Positions 8,654-17,247 of a stretch of DNA of 43,672 nucleotides are shown here, in pieces. The position numbers and the translations under genes are program-made. The stretch covers positions 1-43,672 of the forward strand of contig CADCQA010000165.1 of NCBI GenBank assembly GCA_902803415.1, read 5' to 3'. The DNA comes from an uncultured Spirochaetaceae bacterium. GTDB taxonomy: Bacteria > Spirochaetota > Spirochaetia > Treponematales > Treponemataceae. The notes below the pieces were generated by a model. That model did not search any database. It saw only the letters and a program-made list of their open reading frames with translations, and was not told where the DNA came from. The first letter of the stretch is position 1. Every line of letters begins with the position of its first letter.

Positions 8654-9544
8654 CTACGGCTTTGCGCTTTGAGCCGCCTCGTGCAGGGCTTCCGTCAGCG
8701 CGACAAATTGCGCAACGCCAAGGTTTTCCGCCCGCTCGGACTTGTCCAGCCCCGCCTGCCGGAAAATGCTGTCCGCATCAGAGCCCTTCGGCAGCAGCGG
8801 CTTTATGTTGTTCAGCAGGGTCTTTCTTCGCTGGGAGAACAGGGCATGCACGGTTTTCACGAACAGCGGCGGCATGGTACAGCGGGCCGGGTGCTGCTTT
8901 GGCGTCAGCAGCACCGCCTGAGAAGAAACCTTGGGACGCGGCCAGAAATTGCCGGGTGCAAGCTCCATGGAAAGCTTTACGTCGTAGAGCCACTGGCACA
9001 GCACGCTGAACGCGGAATACTGTTCTGTTGACGGAGCCGCCGCCATCCGCTGCGCAACTTCCTTCTGCACGGTAAATACACAGCGTGCAAACGTCAGGTT
9101 CCGTGTTATCGTATCTGCAATGAATGTTGCGGCGATATTGTACGGCAGGTTCCCGAACAGCCTGATGTCCGCTGCCGGGATTTCCGGCTGCCGTTCAAGC
9201 TCATGACGCCATGTCCGCAGCACATCCCCTTCAACTATGCGAAAACGGTCCTGCCGGGCATAATCCTCAAAAAACTGCCCCAGCAGGGCGATAAAACCGC
9301 GGTCTATCTCGAATGCAGTTACGTCGGCGCCGCTCCGGAGCATTTCGTCCGTCATGCAGCCAAGCCCCGGCCCGATTTCCCACACACGGGCGCCGGAATC
9401 CAGCTCCAGCAGCCCGGCGATTCTGGTGCGGGCGGCGGGGTTCACCATGAAATTCTGCCCGAATTTCTTCTGCATCGCCATGCCGTGCTGTTCCATAAAG
9501 GCCTTCAACGCGGCCGGAGCGTTATAATCTGGGTGTTCTGTCAT
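8654..9544 (-). CDS. rsmA: 16S rRNA m6,2A1518/1519 dimethyltransferase KsgA
   Basis: KKFGQNF, WEIGPGLG, FEIDR, GNLPYNI, QKEVAQR, F.PRPKV.S, QRRKTL.N and RAE.L motifs. Confidence 0.96.
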   Translation of the reverse strand: MTEHPDYNAPAALKAFMEQHGMAMQKKFGQNFMVNPAARTRIAGLLELDSGARVWEIGPGLGCMTDEMLRSGADVTAFEIDRGFIALLGQFFEDYARQDRFRIVEGDVLRTWRHELERQPEIPAADIRLFGNLPYNIAATFIADTITRNLTFARCVFTVQKEVAQRMAAAPSTEQYSAFSVLCQWLYDVKLSMELAPGNFWPRPKVSSQAVLLTPKQHPARCTMPPLFVKTVHALFSQRRKTLLNNIKPLLPKGSDADSIFRQAGLDKSERAENLGVAQFVALTEALHEAAQSAKP

Positions 9545-10854
9545 ATTGCGTCATTCCTTTGCTGCACTACAAACGGCGGCACGCGGGCAAAAAGCGGCAC
9601 CGCACATGCAATCACATTGTAGAGCAGCTTCAGTATACACCCAAAGAGCGGTGAAAGAAAAGGCATTGCAAGGCAGCATGCCACTCCGGCAAGGGCAAGC
9701 GTCATGAATGCACTGACCAGCGGGGAAACTACCACCGATGCAATAATACCAACCGGCATGACGGCGCCGAACAAATACAGCGTAACCGGACACGTCGCCG
9801 CCTGCGCCCCGGCAGATGCGGCCAGGGAACGGGACAAGGCAGGGGGCAGTACCCTGACTGCCAGCCGTTCAAGGCTGCTGCTGAAAAGCAGAATACCCAG
9901 CAGCGCCCCGTAGGAAAGCTGTGCCGCCGCTGTCCCCAGGTCTTCCGGACGGAAAAGCAGGTGCAGTATAAAAGTCGCAGCAAGCACGCCAAGATTGTTC
10001 GGCTTCCGGCACGATACCAGGGAACAGAGCATCAGAATCAGTGCGGAAATCCCGGCCCGTACCAGCGACGGAGTGCTTCCGGCAAACCAGACAAAGCCTG
10101 CAATACCTGCCAGCTGTGCTACAAAAGCATGCCGGCGCCCAAAGAGCCTGCTCCAGAGCCCGCCTGCAAGTCCGGAAAAAAACGAAAGGTGCATCCCGCT
10201 GAGTGCAAGGATGTGCGAAAGTCCCGCCTGCCGGAATGCATCGGCAAGCTCCGGTTCCGTATACTCCCGTGCGCCGGCAAGCAGAGAAAGCACCAGTCCC
10301 CCGGCATCTCCCCAGCTGTACAGGAGCCGGCGGAATGCCAGGCGGCAGACGGCACGGAAACGGGCCAGGCTGCCGGACACGCCCCGCGGGAAACCGTCTG
10401 CCTCCGCAGAAGTGACAAGGAACACAGCGCTGCCTGCTTCCCAGCGCCCCGTGCAGCGCAGGCGGGCACCCGTTTCAAAAAAAAGCTCCGGGGCCGGGGC
10501 TGAACCGCGGGCGGTAACCCTGCCGGGGAACCTGCTTTCCACAAGTCGTGCAGGCAGCAGTATCTGGACGCTGCCCGTTGCAGCAGACTGCATGCAGGTT
10601 CCATCAACCATGCCGCCCACGGAAGAAAGCTCCAGACGGGCCGTATAGCCCGTTCCCCTGGCATTCCTTGCCGGATTAGAGCTGATGGTACCGCAGAGCA
10701 GCCCGGCCTGTTCCATCGGCAGCAGGGAACAGCACGGTTTTGCCCGCGTGCATGGCATCAGGCCGCTGTAATACAGTACGGCAAGCAGCGCCGCTGCAAT
10801 GCAGAGCGGGCTCCGGATACAGAATGAGAAAGATGATTGTGTTGGTTCTACCAC
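9541..10854 (-). CDS. comEC: ComEC/Rec2 family competence membrane protein (no C-terminal metallo-beta-lactamase domain)
   Basis: Competence-domain signature FRQAGLSHILALSGMHL, PSLVRA and QLSY; multiple TM helices. Exact start uncertain. Confidence 0.88.
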   Translation of the reverse strand: MVEPTQSSFSFCIRSPLCIAAALLAVLYYSGLMPCTRAKPCCSLLPMEQAGLLCGTISSNPARNARGTGYTARLELSSVGGMVDGTCMQSAATGSVQILLPARLVESRFPGRVTARGSAPAPELFFETGARLRCTGRWEAGSAVFLVTSAEADGFPRGVSGSLARFRAVCRLAFRRLLYSWGDAGGLVLSLLAGAREYTEPELADAFRQAGLSHILALSGMHLSFFSGLAGGLWSRLFGRRHAFVAQLAGIAGFVWFAGSTPSLVRAGISALILMLCSLVSCRKPNNLGVLAATFILHLLFRPEDLGTAAAQLSYGALLGILLFSSSLERLAVRVLPPALSRSLAASAGAQAATCPVTLYLFGAVMPVGIIASVVVSPLVSAFMTLALAGVACCLAMPFLSPLFGCILKLLYNVIACAVPLFARVPPFVVQQRNDAI

Positions 10855-12074
10855 TTCAGTTGTGCAAGGGCAGTACGCGCTGCGTCCGTTACTTCCTGAG
10901 GATAATCAAGATACGTCACATAGAGCAGGTAGTCGAACGCAGTTTTGTCGCCCAGACCTCCCAGTGCATGTATGACGGAAAGCACAACGGCTTCAACAGG
11001 AGCATTGTCAGATTCCATGCTCTTGTTGAGAAAATCCAGATATGAAGACAGCACCTGCCCGGTTTCCGCGCAGGCAACAGCGGCAATGTCACCGATTGCC
11101 TGTGCAAACTGCACCGGTGTAATCAGGTTATTTTCATATTCCAGGCGGGCAATGGGAAAGTAGTCCGTCACCATCTTTGACGCACGTGTCCATTGCAGGT
11201 CGGAAATAAGCTTAAGCGAAGCAAGCTGCACCTGCACCTGTTCCGGGCTGAGTTCCTCTGCATCAGGGATTTCCCCGTCTGCTTTATAGATAGACGAGGA
11301 AAGTGCTTTTTCTGCAACTTCTCCCTTAATTTTTTTAGAAATTTTTTCATTTCTTCGAATAATGTCGAGGATGTCTATTTTTTCAGACACTTGCACGGAA
11401 GCCAGTATCTTGAGAATTTCTGCACCGCAGCTGTTTGCAAGCGGCCCGAACGCCTCTTCCAGCTCCTGCTTATAGTCCGGCCAGATACCCATGAGGTCTG
11501 CAACAAAGAGCACGCTGAAGGACGTTTTGTTGCCGGTAGACCGGAGCAGCCGGATGGATTTGAGCAGCACATCATCCATAGGGGCGGAAAGTGCGTCTTC
11601 TGCAGCCTTCTGCGCTTTTTCCGCAACATAGGCATTGATGAGCGAGACATTGTTCTCCGCAGGGAATTCCTCGAATTTATCCAGAACCGCAACCCGAATC
11701 TTGTTGTCCGGGAAAATCTTGAACACCTGAGCAAGCTTTGCAGAAATTTCCTTTGCCTGCTCCTCAGTGACAGCCTTTTTTTTCAGGGACATTACAGAAA
11801 CCGACAGCAGCTCATTCAGGTCGCTGTCGCCTGCAAGGACATCCTGCACGTCAAGCGCAAAGTCTATCGCCTTCAGGCTCAGGGACACATTGTCACTGGC
11901 GGCGGCTTCCTTAACAGCCTTTGTTTTCTGCCGGATGTCTCCCCGGACAAAATCAGCCTCAATCTGCCGGAAATCGCGTGCGGAGGCGATGCCCGCACAA
12001 AACAGCATAAGTGCAAGCCTGCCGGCTCTGGCAAGCCCCCTGCCCTGCAACAAACCCAAACCTTTCCGTACCAT
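10848..12074 (-). CDS. Exported HEAT/ARM-repeat-like helical protein
   Basis: Signal-like N-terminus and an all-alpha pattern. C-terminal HEAT-like VVLSVIHALGGLGDKTAFDYL..VTDAARTALAQLKW. Confidence 0.8.
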   Translation of the reverse strand: MVRKGLGLLQGRGLARAGRLALMLFCAGIASARDFRQIEADFVRGDIRQKTKAVKEAAASDNVSLSLKAIDFALDVQDVLAGDSDLNELLSVSVMSLKKKAVTEEQAKEISAKLAQVFKIFPDNKIRVAVLDKFEEFPAENNVSLINAYVAEKAQKAAEDALSAPMDDVLLKSIRLLRSTGNKTSFSVLFVADLMGIWPDYKQELEEAFGPLANSCGAEILKILASVQVSEKIDILDIIRRNEKISKKIKGEVAEKALSSSIYKADGEIPDAEELSPEQVQVQLASLKLISDLQWTRASKMVTDYFPIARLEYENNLITPVQFAQAIGDIAAVACAETGQVLSSYLDFLNKSMESDNAPVEAVVLSVIHALGGLGDKTAFDYLLYVTYLDYPQEVTDAARTALAQLKW

Positions 12075-12077
12075 CAG

Positions 12078-13172
12078 TCACTCCTCTGTGTTCACAGGCT
12101 CAAAGCCTCCGCCGCCAGACTGCTCCCCGCGGTCCTGTTCCGCCGCCTGCATGCGTTCCCGCTCGCTGGCATTCTCATATATATACCGGACAAGCGTATC
12201 CTGCATGCCCTCTTCAATGTACGTACATTCAAAATGCAGCCGGGACTGGCGGATGCTGCGGTTGTACTCCACGGCCCGGATAATGCCGGCCATAACGATA
12301 GGAATGCTGTTCAGGCTGAACGCAATCTTAACATGTACACCTCGCCGGCCCTTACCGCCCGTCCGAATCATCGCGCCGCCTTCGCCCAGATCCTCCAGTA
12401 TGCAGGCGGTTCCGGTTTCGCCGTCCCGTATAGTATAATCAATAAACCTGCCTTTGATTACATACATCTGGGCACTTATTTTACAGCCGCAGCGGATGGA
12501 ATTCCGCTTCTGCACGCGGTCAAGCCGGGAAGAATGCTGCAGGTACAGGCAGCGCTTGCCCCCGACGGAACCGGCGCCCTCCACCACGGAGTCAAATACA
12601 TAGCAGGCATCGCCCGAACGGCTTGCGTAGACACTCACGCGCTTTCCCACCCATTCGGCAGCGGGAAGCTCCAGCGGCGGCCCCTGAAACAGCTTGCGCT
12701 GCTGCACCGGAAGCGAGATGGTCAGCTGCCGCCCCGAATCCACAATGCGGGAGGAGAAAATGCCCTTTCCCTTGTAGATGATGTTGAGGCGCTGCCCCCG
12801 TTCAAGGGCACGGCTGTCTTTCAACCTTCTGACTTCTGCCGTCCTGAGTGCAGTATGCCGCCTGAAAGCAAGGAGTGAAGCAACGAGCTGCTTTACGTCC
12901 TGCCGGTCTGCAGTTCCGTTTCTCCGGGTTTCGCTCTGGATCATCGCAATACACTTGTTGAGCAGCGGCACAGAATCATACAGCAGGGACGGTGTATTGA
13001 TGCCGCATTTTTCTGCGGTCTTCCACAGAGTCTTTATTTCCTGCCGGCGGAATCCCTTTGCGCTTCCTTCTGCATAAAACTGGATTTCTTCCTTGTGCAG
13101 GGCAAAAAATACCAGCAGAATAAAGAGAAGCAGCCCGACGGCAGCAAGTACCAGCGCTAGTGAAATATCCAA
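12078..13172 (-). CDS. Membrane-anchored PilZ-domain protein (YcgR/flagellar-brake-like)
   Basis: TTG start with GGAGG SD and an N-terminal TM helix. C-terminal PilZ motifs QKRNSIR (RxxxR) and DLGEGGA, plus LHFEC. Confidence 0.85.
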   Translation of the reverse strand: MDISLALVLAAVGLLLFILLVFFALHKEEIQFYAEGSAKGFRRQEIKTLWKTAEKCGINTPSLLYDSVPLLNKCIAMIQSETRRNGTADRQDVKQLVASLLAFRRHTALRTAEVRRLKDSRALERGQRLNIIYKGKGIFSSRIVDSGRQLTISLPVQQRKLFQGPPLELPAAEWVGKRVSVYASRSGDACYVFDSVVEGAGSVGGKRCLYLQHSSRLDRVQKRNSIRCGCKISAQMYVIKGRFIDYTIRDGETGTACILEDLGEGGAMIRTGGKGRRGVHVKIAFSLNSIPIVMAGIIRAVEYNRSIRQSRLHFECTYIEEGMQDTLVRYIYENASERERMQAAEQDRGEQSGGGGFEPVNTEE

Positions 13173-13173
13173 A

Positions 13174-13228
13174 TTGACCTCCCGCTCATTTTCTCCTATA
13201 CTATATCATATTCCGTATGAAAAAAGAA
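13174..13228. promoter_or_regulatory. Overlapping divergent sigma70 promoters (CPBP gene on +, PilZ operon on -)
   Basis: Plus strand: TTGACC(13174)-17-TATACT(13197). Minus strand: TTCTTT-17-TATAGT with an extended TG, -10 at 13200-13205. Confidence 0.55.
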
Positions 13229-13924
13229 TATCTCTGGGCTGAATTCGCTGCTGTTTTTTTGCTGCTGCTCCTGCCGCCGCTCCTTGCCACGTACGGTTCC
13301 GGCGGCCTGCCGCTCGTCTCTGCGGCAGAATTTTCGTGGACTGCACTCATGCAGCTTGCCGTTGCGCTGGCCCTTGGGCTACAGTCACGGCGCCTGTTCC
13401 TGGGCAGCAGTGCCCGGCAAGCTGTGCAGCTGCCGGGAGCAGCCGATTCTCCTTCCTTCCAGAAACTCATCACGGTGCTGGTATGGGGGCCGGTAAGCTT
13501 TGGCGTACTCATGCTCATAGCCGCGTTCATGTGGACGCTTTCCCTGCTGCTGCCCGGCTGCTTCGGGAGCAGCCTTGACGTCCCCATTCCGCCGCCGGGG
13601 CTGCTGCTGGCGCTGAACCTTGCCATCGGCGCATACTACGAAGAAGTCCTGTACCGGCTGTTCCTGCCGGAAAGCCTCCGTTTCCTTATTCCCCGGCAGC
13701 AATTTGCCCTGCCAGCAGAGCTTTTGTCCGTGGTCATTTTTGCCTGTTCTCACCGTTACCTCGGCGTTTTCTCAGTGCTCAATGCGGCACTGTGCGGCAG
13801 CATGCTCCGGATCTGCTGCCGCAAGACGCGTGGAATCGCCACAGGTGCGCTCGTGCATTTTCTGTACAATTTCCTGCTGGTGCTCTGGGCGGCGCTGATG
13901 CCCGGCGGCGCTGTTTCTCCATAA
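13217..13924 (+). CDS. CPBP (CAAX/Abi) family intramembrane glutamic endopeptidase
   Basis: EEVLYR (EExxxR), FACSH (FxxxH) and HFLYN (HxxxN) motifs; multi-TM. Confidence 0.9.
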   Translation: MKKEYLWAEFAAVFLLLLLPPLLATYGSGGLPLVSAAEFSWTALMQLAVALALGLQSRRLFLGSSARQAVQLPGAADSPSFQKLITVLVWGPVSFGVLMLIAAFMWTLSLLLPGCFGSSLDVPIPPPGLLLALNLAIGAYYEEVLYRLFLPESLRFLIPRQQFALPAELLSVVIFACSHRYLGVFSVLNAALCGSMLRICCRKTRGIATGALVHFLYNFLLVLWAALMPGGAVSP

Positions 13925-13953
13925 AAAAACACGGCAGTATTCCCGCCACATAC

Positions 13954-13982
13954 TTGCATACACCGTCAGATTCCGCTATACT
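13954..13982 (+). promoter_or_regulatory. Sigma70-type promoter of thrC
   Basis: TTGCAT-17-TATACT about 75 nt upstream of the thrC ATG. Confidence 0.65.
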
Positions 13983-14055
13983 GAATTATATTCTTTATTA
14001 TGTGAAGCATTGCGGTGAAAATCAAAGTTCCCCGCAGGCTCAAAAGGTACTTGTC

Positions 14056-15468
14056 ATGATTTATACCGATACTCGCGATAAAAATGTGAAGGCTGACTTC
14101 AGGACAGCCGTTCTGAACGGCATGAATGCGGCAACGGGCGGTCTGTACATCCCCGTTGAATTCCCCAAGCTCGACGCTTCCTTTACCAACCGCACGCCGG
14201 AACCCTCTTTCCGGGAAATCGCCTATGAAATGGCAAAGCCCTATGTGCAGGGTGAAATTCCCGATGCAGACCTTGAATCAATCATACAGGACGCCTATCC
14301 GTTCATGCCGCAGGTGGTGCCGATTGATCCCGTAACCTATGTGCTTGAGCTTTTCCACGGGCCGACCTGCGCATTCAAGGACTTCGGAGCACGCTTCATG
14401 GCCCGCGTGATGTCTTATTTTAACCGCGGCGAAAACGACAACCTGCACATTCTTGTTGCCACAAGCGGAGACACCGGTTCCGCAGTCGGCAGCGCATTTC
14501 ACAATGTGCCGGGCATTGACGTAACCATCCTCTACCCTGACGGAAAAATCTCTCCGCTGCAGGAAAAGCAGCTTTCAACCTTTGACGGCAATGTTCGTGC
14601 ACTCAAGGTGAAAGGCACCTTCGATGACTGCCAGAAACTCGTCAAAACAGCATTCACGGACAATGAACTCCGCAGCAAATTCCGCCTTTCTTCTGCGAAT
14701 TCAATCAATATCTCGCGCCTGCTGCCGCAGAGCTTCTACTACATGTATGCCTCTCTTGTGGTGCGTAACCGCATACCGCATGACAGCAAGATAGAAAGTC
14801 CGGCCATCATCGCCGTCGTTCCCAGCGGGAATTTCGGCAACCTGACGAGCGGTCTCATCGCCTACGAAGCAGGAGCACCCATCACCGGTTTTGTTGCTGC
14901 CACCAATGCAAACCACACCATTCCGGACTGGATTGCAAGCGGCGAATACAAGGCACGGGAATCTGTAGCAACGCTGAGCAATGCTATGGACGTGGGTGCA
15001 CCGAGCAACTATGAACGCATCGCCGCAATGTACAGCCTTGAGCAGGTCCGCACCCTTTTTGCATCTTACTGGACGGACGACACCGGTACGGTGGATGCAG
15101 TGAAATCCTGTAACGAAAAAACCGGCTACATCATAGACCCGCACGGTGCCGTCGCATGGAAGGCATGGAACGACATCCGCTGCGGCGACATGGAAAAGCT
15201 CATGGGCGGGCTGAAAGGCGACATCACTCAGCCGGGACTTACCCCGAACATTCCTGCATGGGCAGAAAGCATTGCAAAAAAGCAGGCCGTCGGCATAGTG
15301 CTGGAGACTGCGCACCCCGCAAAATTCGGTGCCACAGTTACCAAGGCAATCGGCAGGGAGCCGAGCATTCCTGCCCGGCTGGAAAAGGTCATGCACCTGG
15401 CCGACCGTGCCATCCCGATGGAAAAAGATTACGAAAGCTTCAAGGAATGGCTGGTCAGTAACCTTTAA
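14056..15468 (+). CDS. thrC: Threonine synthase
   Basis: LELFHGPTCAFKD (PLP lysine), ATSGDTG, SANSINISRL, VPSGNFGN, SNAMDVGAPSN, DPH and ETAHPAKF. Start set at ATG 14056 (MIYTDTR), not 13792. Confidence 0.96.
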   Translation: MIYTDTRDKNVKADFRTAVLNGMNAATGGLYIPVEFPKLDASFTNRTPEPSFREIAYEMAKPYVQGEIPDADLESIIQDAYPFMPQVVPIDPVTYVLELFHGPTCAFKDFGARFMARVMSYFNRGENDNLHILVATSGDTGSAVGSAFHNVPGIDVTILYPDGKISPLQEKQLSTFDGNVRALKVKGTFDDCQKLVKTAFTDNELRSKFRLSSANSINISRLLPQSFYYMYASLVVRNRIPHDSKIESPAIIAVVPSGNFGNLTSGLIAYEAGAPITGFVAATNANHTIPDWIASGEYKARESVATLSNAMDVGAPSNYERIAAMYSLEQVRTLFASYWTDDTGTVDAVKSCNEKTGYIIDPHGAVAWKAWNDIRCGDMEKLMGGLKGDITQPGLTPNIPAWAESIAKKQAVGIVLETAHPAKFGATVTKAIGREPSIPARLEKVMHLADRAIPMEKDYESFKEWLVSNL

Positions 15469-15479
15469 GTTTCCGATAC

Positions 15480-15513
15480 AAAAAAGCGGCAGGGTTTCCC
15501 CCGCCGCTTTTTT
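15480..15513. terminator. Bidirectional intrinsic terminator (thrC / S66 peptidase)
   Basis: AAAAAAGCGGC-loop-GCCGCTTTTTT between convergent genes. Confidence 0.85.
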
Positions 15514-15535
15514 GTCAGCTGCCGTGCACCGGCAC

Positions 15536-16567
15536 TCAGGCAAATGCAATCAGCTGCTTTTGGACATCAACCCTGCATTCCACACCAAAGGGGATTATAC
15601 AGTGCGGGGCCGCATGCCCGACATTCACGTTATATACAATCGGAAGGCTGGGATTTCCGGTTTCTTCCAGCAAAATATCCCGATACTCCCTGTAATATAC
15701 TTCATCCATGGTTTTTCCCACAAGCACACCGCTTACAGCATCAAAGACACCCGTTTTTCTGAGTGTTGCCAGCATTTTCCGGTACAATGCAGGTTCCGAA
15801 CATTCCTCACTTGATTCCAGCAGCAGAATTTTTCCTTCCCATTCCTTTTGCGACGGAAACAGCGCATACCTGCGGCACAGTTCCGCCGAGTCAGCGTAAC
15901 GCGTGTTGTCCAGCATGTCGTAGATGGTCTCGATGCAGCCGCCCAAAATACTGCCGGGAAAAACCGGCTGCCCCTGCAAAAGCTCAAAGCCGCTGTTTTT
16001 GTGCCGCTCGCGCTCCACACCGATTTGCGAAGCATCAAAGGATTTGCGCTCAGAATACCAGACATCGCTGGGGCGTATTTCCCTGATGCAGCGCGTGTTG
16101 ATAAGCTCTTCAAAATATTTTTTTGTGTACGGAAGCATATCGGCTTCCAGTTCGCAGACATCCGGCAGAAATGCCTGACCGTAGAAGGTTCGCAGCCCAG
16201 CCTTATGCAGCATAAAGTGGTTCATCGTGCTGTCCGAATAGCCGAGGAACACTGTACTGCGGCCTTCCACAGCACGCTGCAGCTCGTCATGGTCAAAGAG
16301 ATAGGGCAGCAGCCGGTAGGTATCATCACCGCCGACCGCGCACAGAATCATATCCACCGACTCATCTTTCAGGCAGTCCAGCAGATCCTGCGCCCTGCAC
16401 TGCGGATGCTCCCGCAGAAAATCCATGCCCTTCATGGCATGTGCCGCCGTAACAGCTTCCAGACCGTAGTTCCGCAAGCGCTCCATGCCGATTTTCACTT
16501 CATGCGCTACAAACGGCTCCCCCAGCAGCCCGCGGGACAGGCTTATGACTGCAACTTTTTTAATCAT
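15536..16567 (-). CDS. Peptidase S66 family (MccF-like / LD-carboxypeptidase)
   Basis: RAQDL, CAVGGDD, catalytic Ser in FLGYSDST, GGC, Glu in LLLESSEE, His in NVGHAAP..IPFG. Confidence 0.92.
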   Translation of the reverse strand: MIKKVAVISLSRGLLGEPFVAHEVKIGMERLRNYGLEAVTAAHAMKGMDFLREHPQCRAQDLLDCLKDESVDMILCAVGGDDTYRLLPYLFDHDELQRAVEGRSTVFLGYSDSTMNHFMLHKAGLRTFYGQAFLPDVCELEADMLPYTKKYFEELINTRCIREIRPSDVWYSERKSFDASQIGVERERHKNSGFELLQGQPVFPGSILGGCIETIYDMLDNTRYADSAELCRRYALFPSQKEWEGKILLLESSEECSEPALYRKMLATLRKTGVFDAVSGVLVGKTMDEVYYREYRDILLEETGNPSLPIVYNVNVGHAAPHCIIPFGVECRVDVQKQLIAFA

Positions 16568-16597
16568 CTGGAATCTCCCTGCGCTTTTGATTGATGC

Positions 16598-17095
16598 TTA
16601 CATGTTCTCGTACATCTGTACCCCGTCCTCAAGGTGCTCTATGCGTATGCCTGCGTCATGGAACATCTGCATGGAGTCCGCCTCATCGTGATAGTGCTTT
16701 TCGCAGACCACACGTTTTATACCGCAATTGATGATGAGCATGGCGCAGGTACGGCAGGGAGTCATCCGGCAGTAAACGGTTCCGCCGTCTATGGAAATAC
16801 CGCGCTTTGCCGCCTGGCAGATGGCATTCTGCTCTGCATGGACGGTGCGCACGCAGTGCTGCGTGATGGAGCCGTCGGAATGTATCATTTTGCGCATCAG
16901 GTGCCCCGCATCATCGCAATGAGGAAGCCCTGCCGGACTTCCTACGTAACCGGTCACCAAAATCTGGTTGTCGCGCGCAATAACACAGCCGGAGCGTCCG
17001 CGGTCGCAGGTAGCACGCTTGGCAACGGTCCTGCACACTTCCATGAAATAATCATCCCAGGTGGGACGCATATACTTTTCCTGCCCTTCCTGCAT
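16598..17095 (-). CDS. dCMP deaminase / ComEB family cytidine deaminase
   Basis: RPTWDDYFM, RATCDR, TGY, zinc motifs VHAEQNAI and PCRTC. Start set at ATG 17095, which follows GGAGG. Confidence 0.93.
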   Translation of the reverse strand: MQEGQEKYMRPTWDDYFMEVCRTVAKRATCDRGRSGCVIARDNQILVTGYVGSPAGLPHCDDAGHLMRKMIHSDGSITQHCVRTVHAEQNAICQAAKRGISIDGGTVYCRMTPCRTCAMLIINCGIKRVVCEKHYHDEADSMQMFHDAGIRIEHLEDGVQMYENM

Positions 17096-17182
17096 ACAAA
17101 CCTCCACGTTTTCCGTACTATAACAGATTACGGCATTCTTTTCTAGCAGTACACAGGCAAGAAACAGAAGGCAGCAGGATAC

Positions 17183-17220
17183 AAACAAAAAGGGCGCAGG
17201 CCGGAATGGCGCTGCGCCCT
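17183..17220 (-). terminator. Intrinsic terminator after the NCS2 permease
   Basis: Minus strand AGGGCGCAG-loop-CTGCGCCCT followed by TTTGTTT. Confidence 0.75.
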
Positions 17221-17247
17221 GTCAGGCGGCAATAATTACCGTAAGCC

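Noticed and set aside
9541-10854. ComEC lacking the beta-lactamase-like domain as a possible pseudogene
   Set aside because: The ORF is intact, the core motif is conserved and it overlaps rsmA in a coupled fashion. Short ComEC forms are common.
11193-12878. 561-aa plus-strand ORF, and similar long antisense ORFs (6392-7321, 8179-9009, 34264-35304, 36274-37275, 40986-41909)
   Set aside because: Each lies fully antisense to a motif-supported gene and has no recognisable motifs or SD. They are typical shadow ORFs of GC-rich codon usage.
13217-13924. Abi-named CPBP protein as a phage-defence gene
   Set aside because: The protease motifs are intact and the location near comEC/rsmA is a core spirochete context. 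No defence genes are nearby.
13983-14055. Possible T-box or attenuator before thrC; 88-codon N-terminal extension in the ORF track
   Set aside because: There is no T-box motif and no Thr-rich leader peptide. The extension overlaps the CPBP gene and the promoter, so the true start is 14056.
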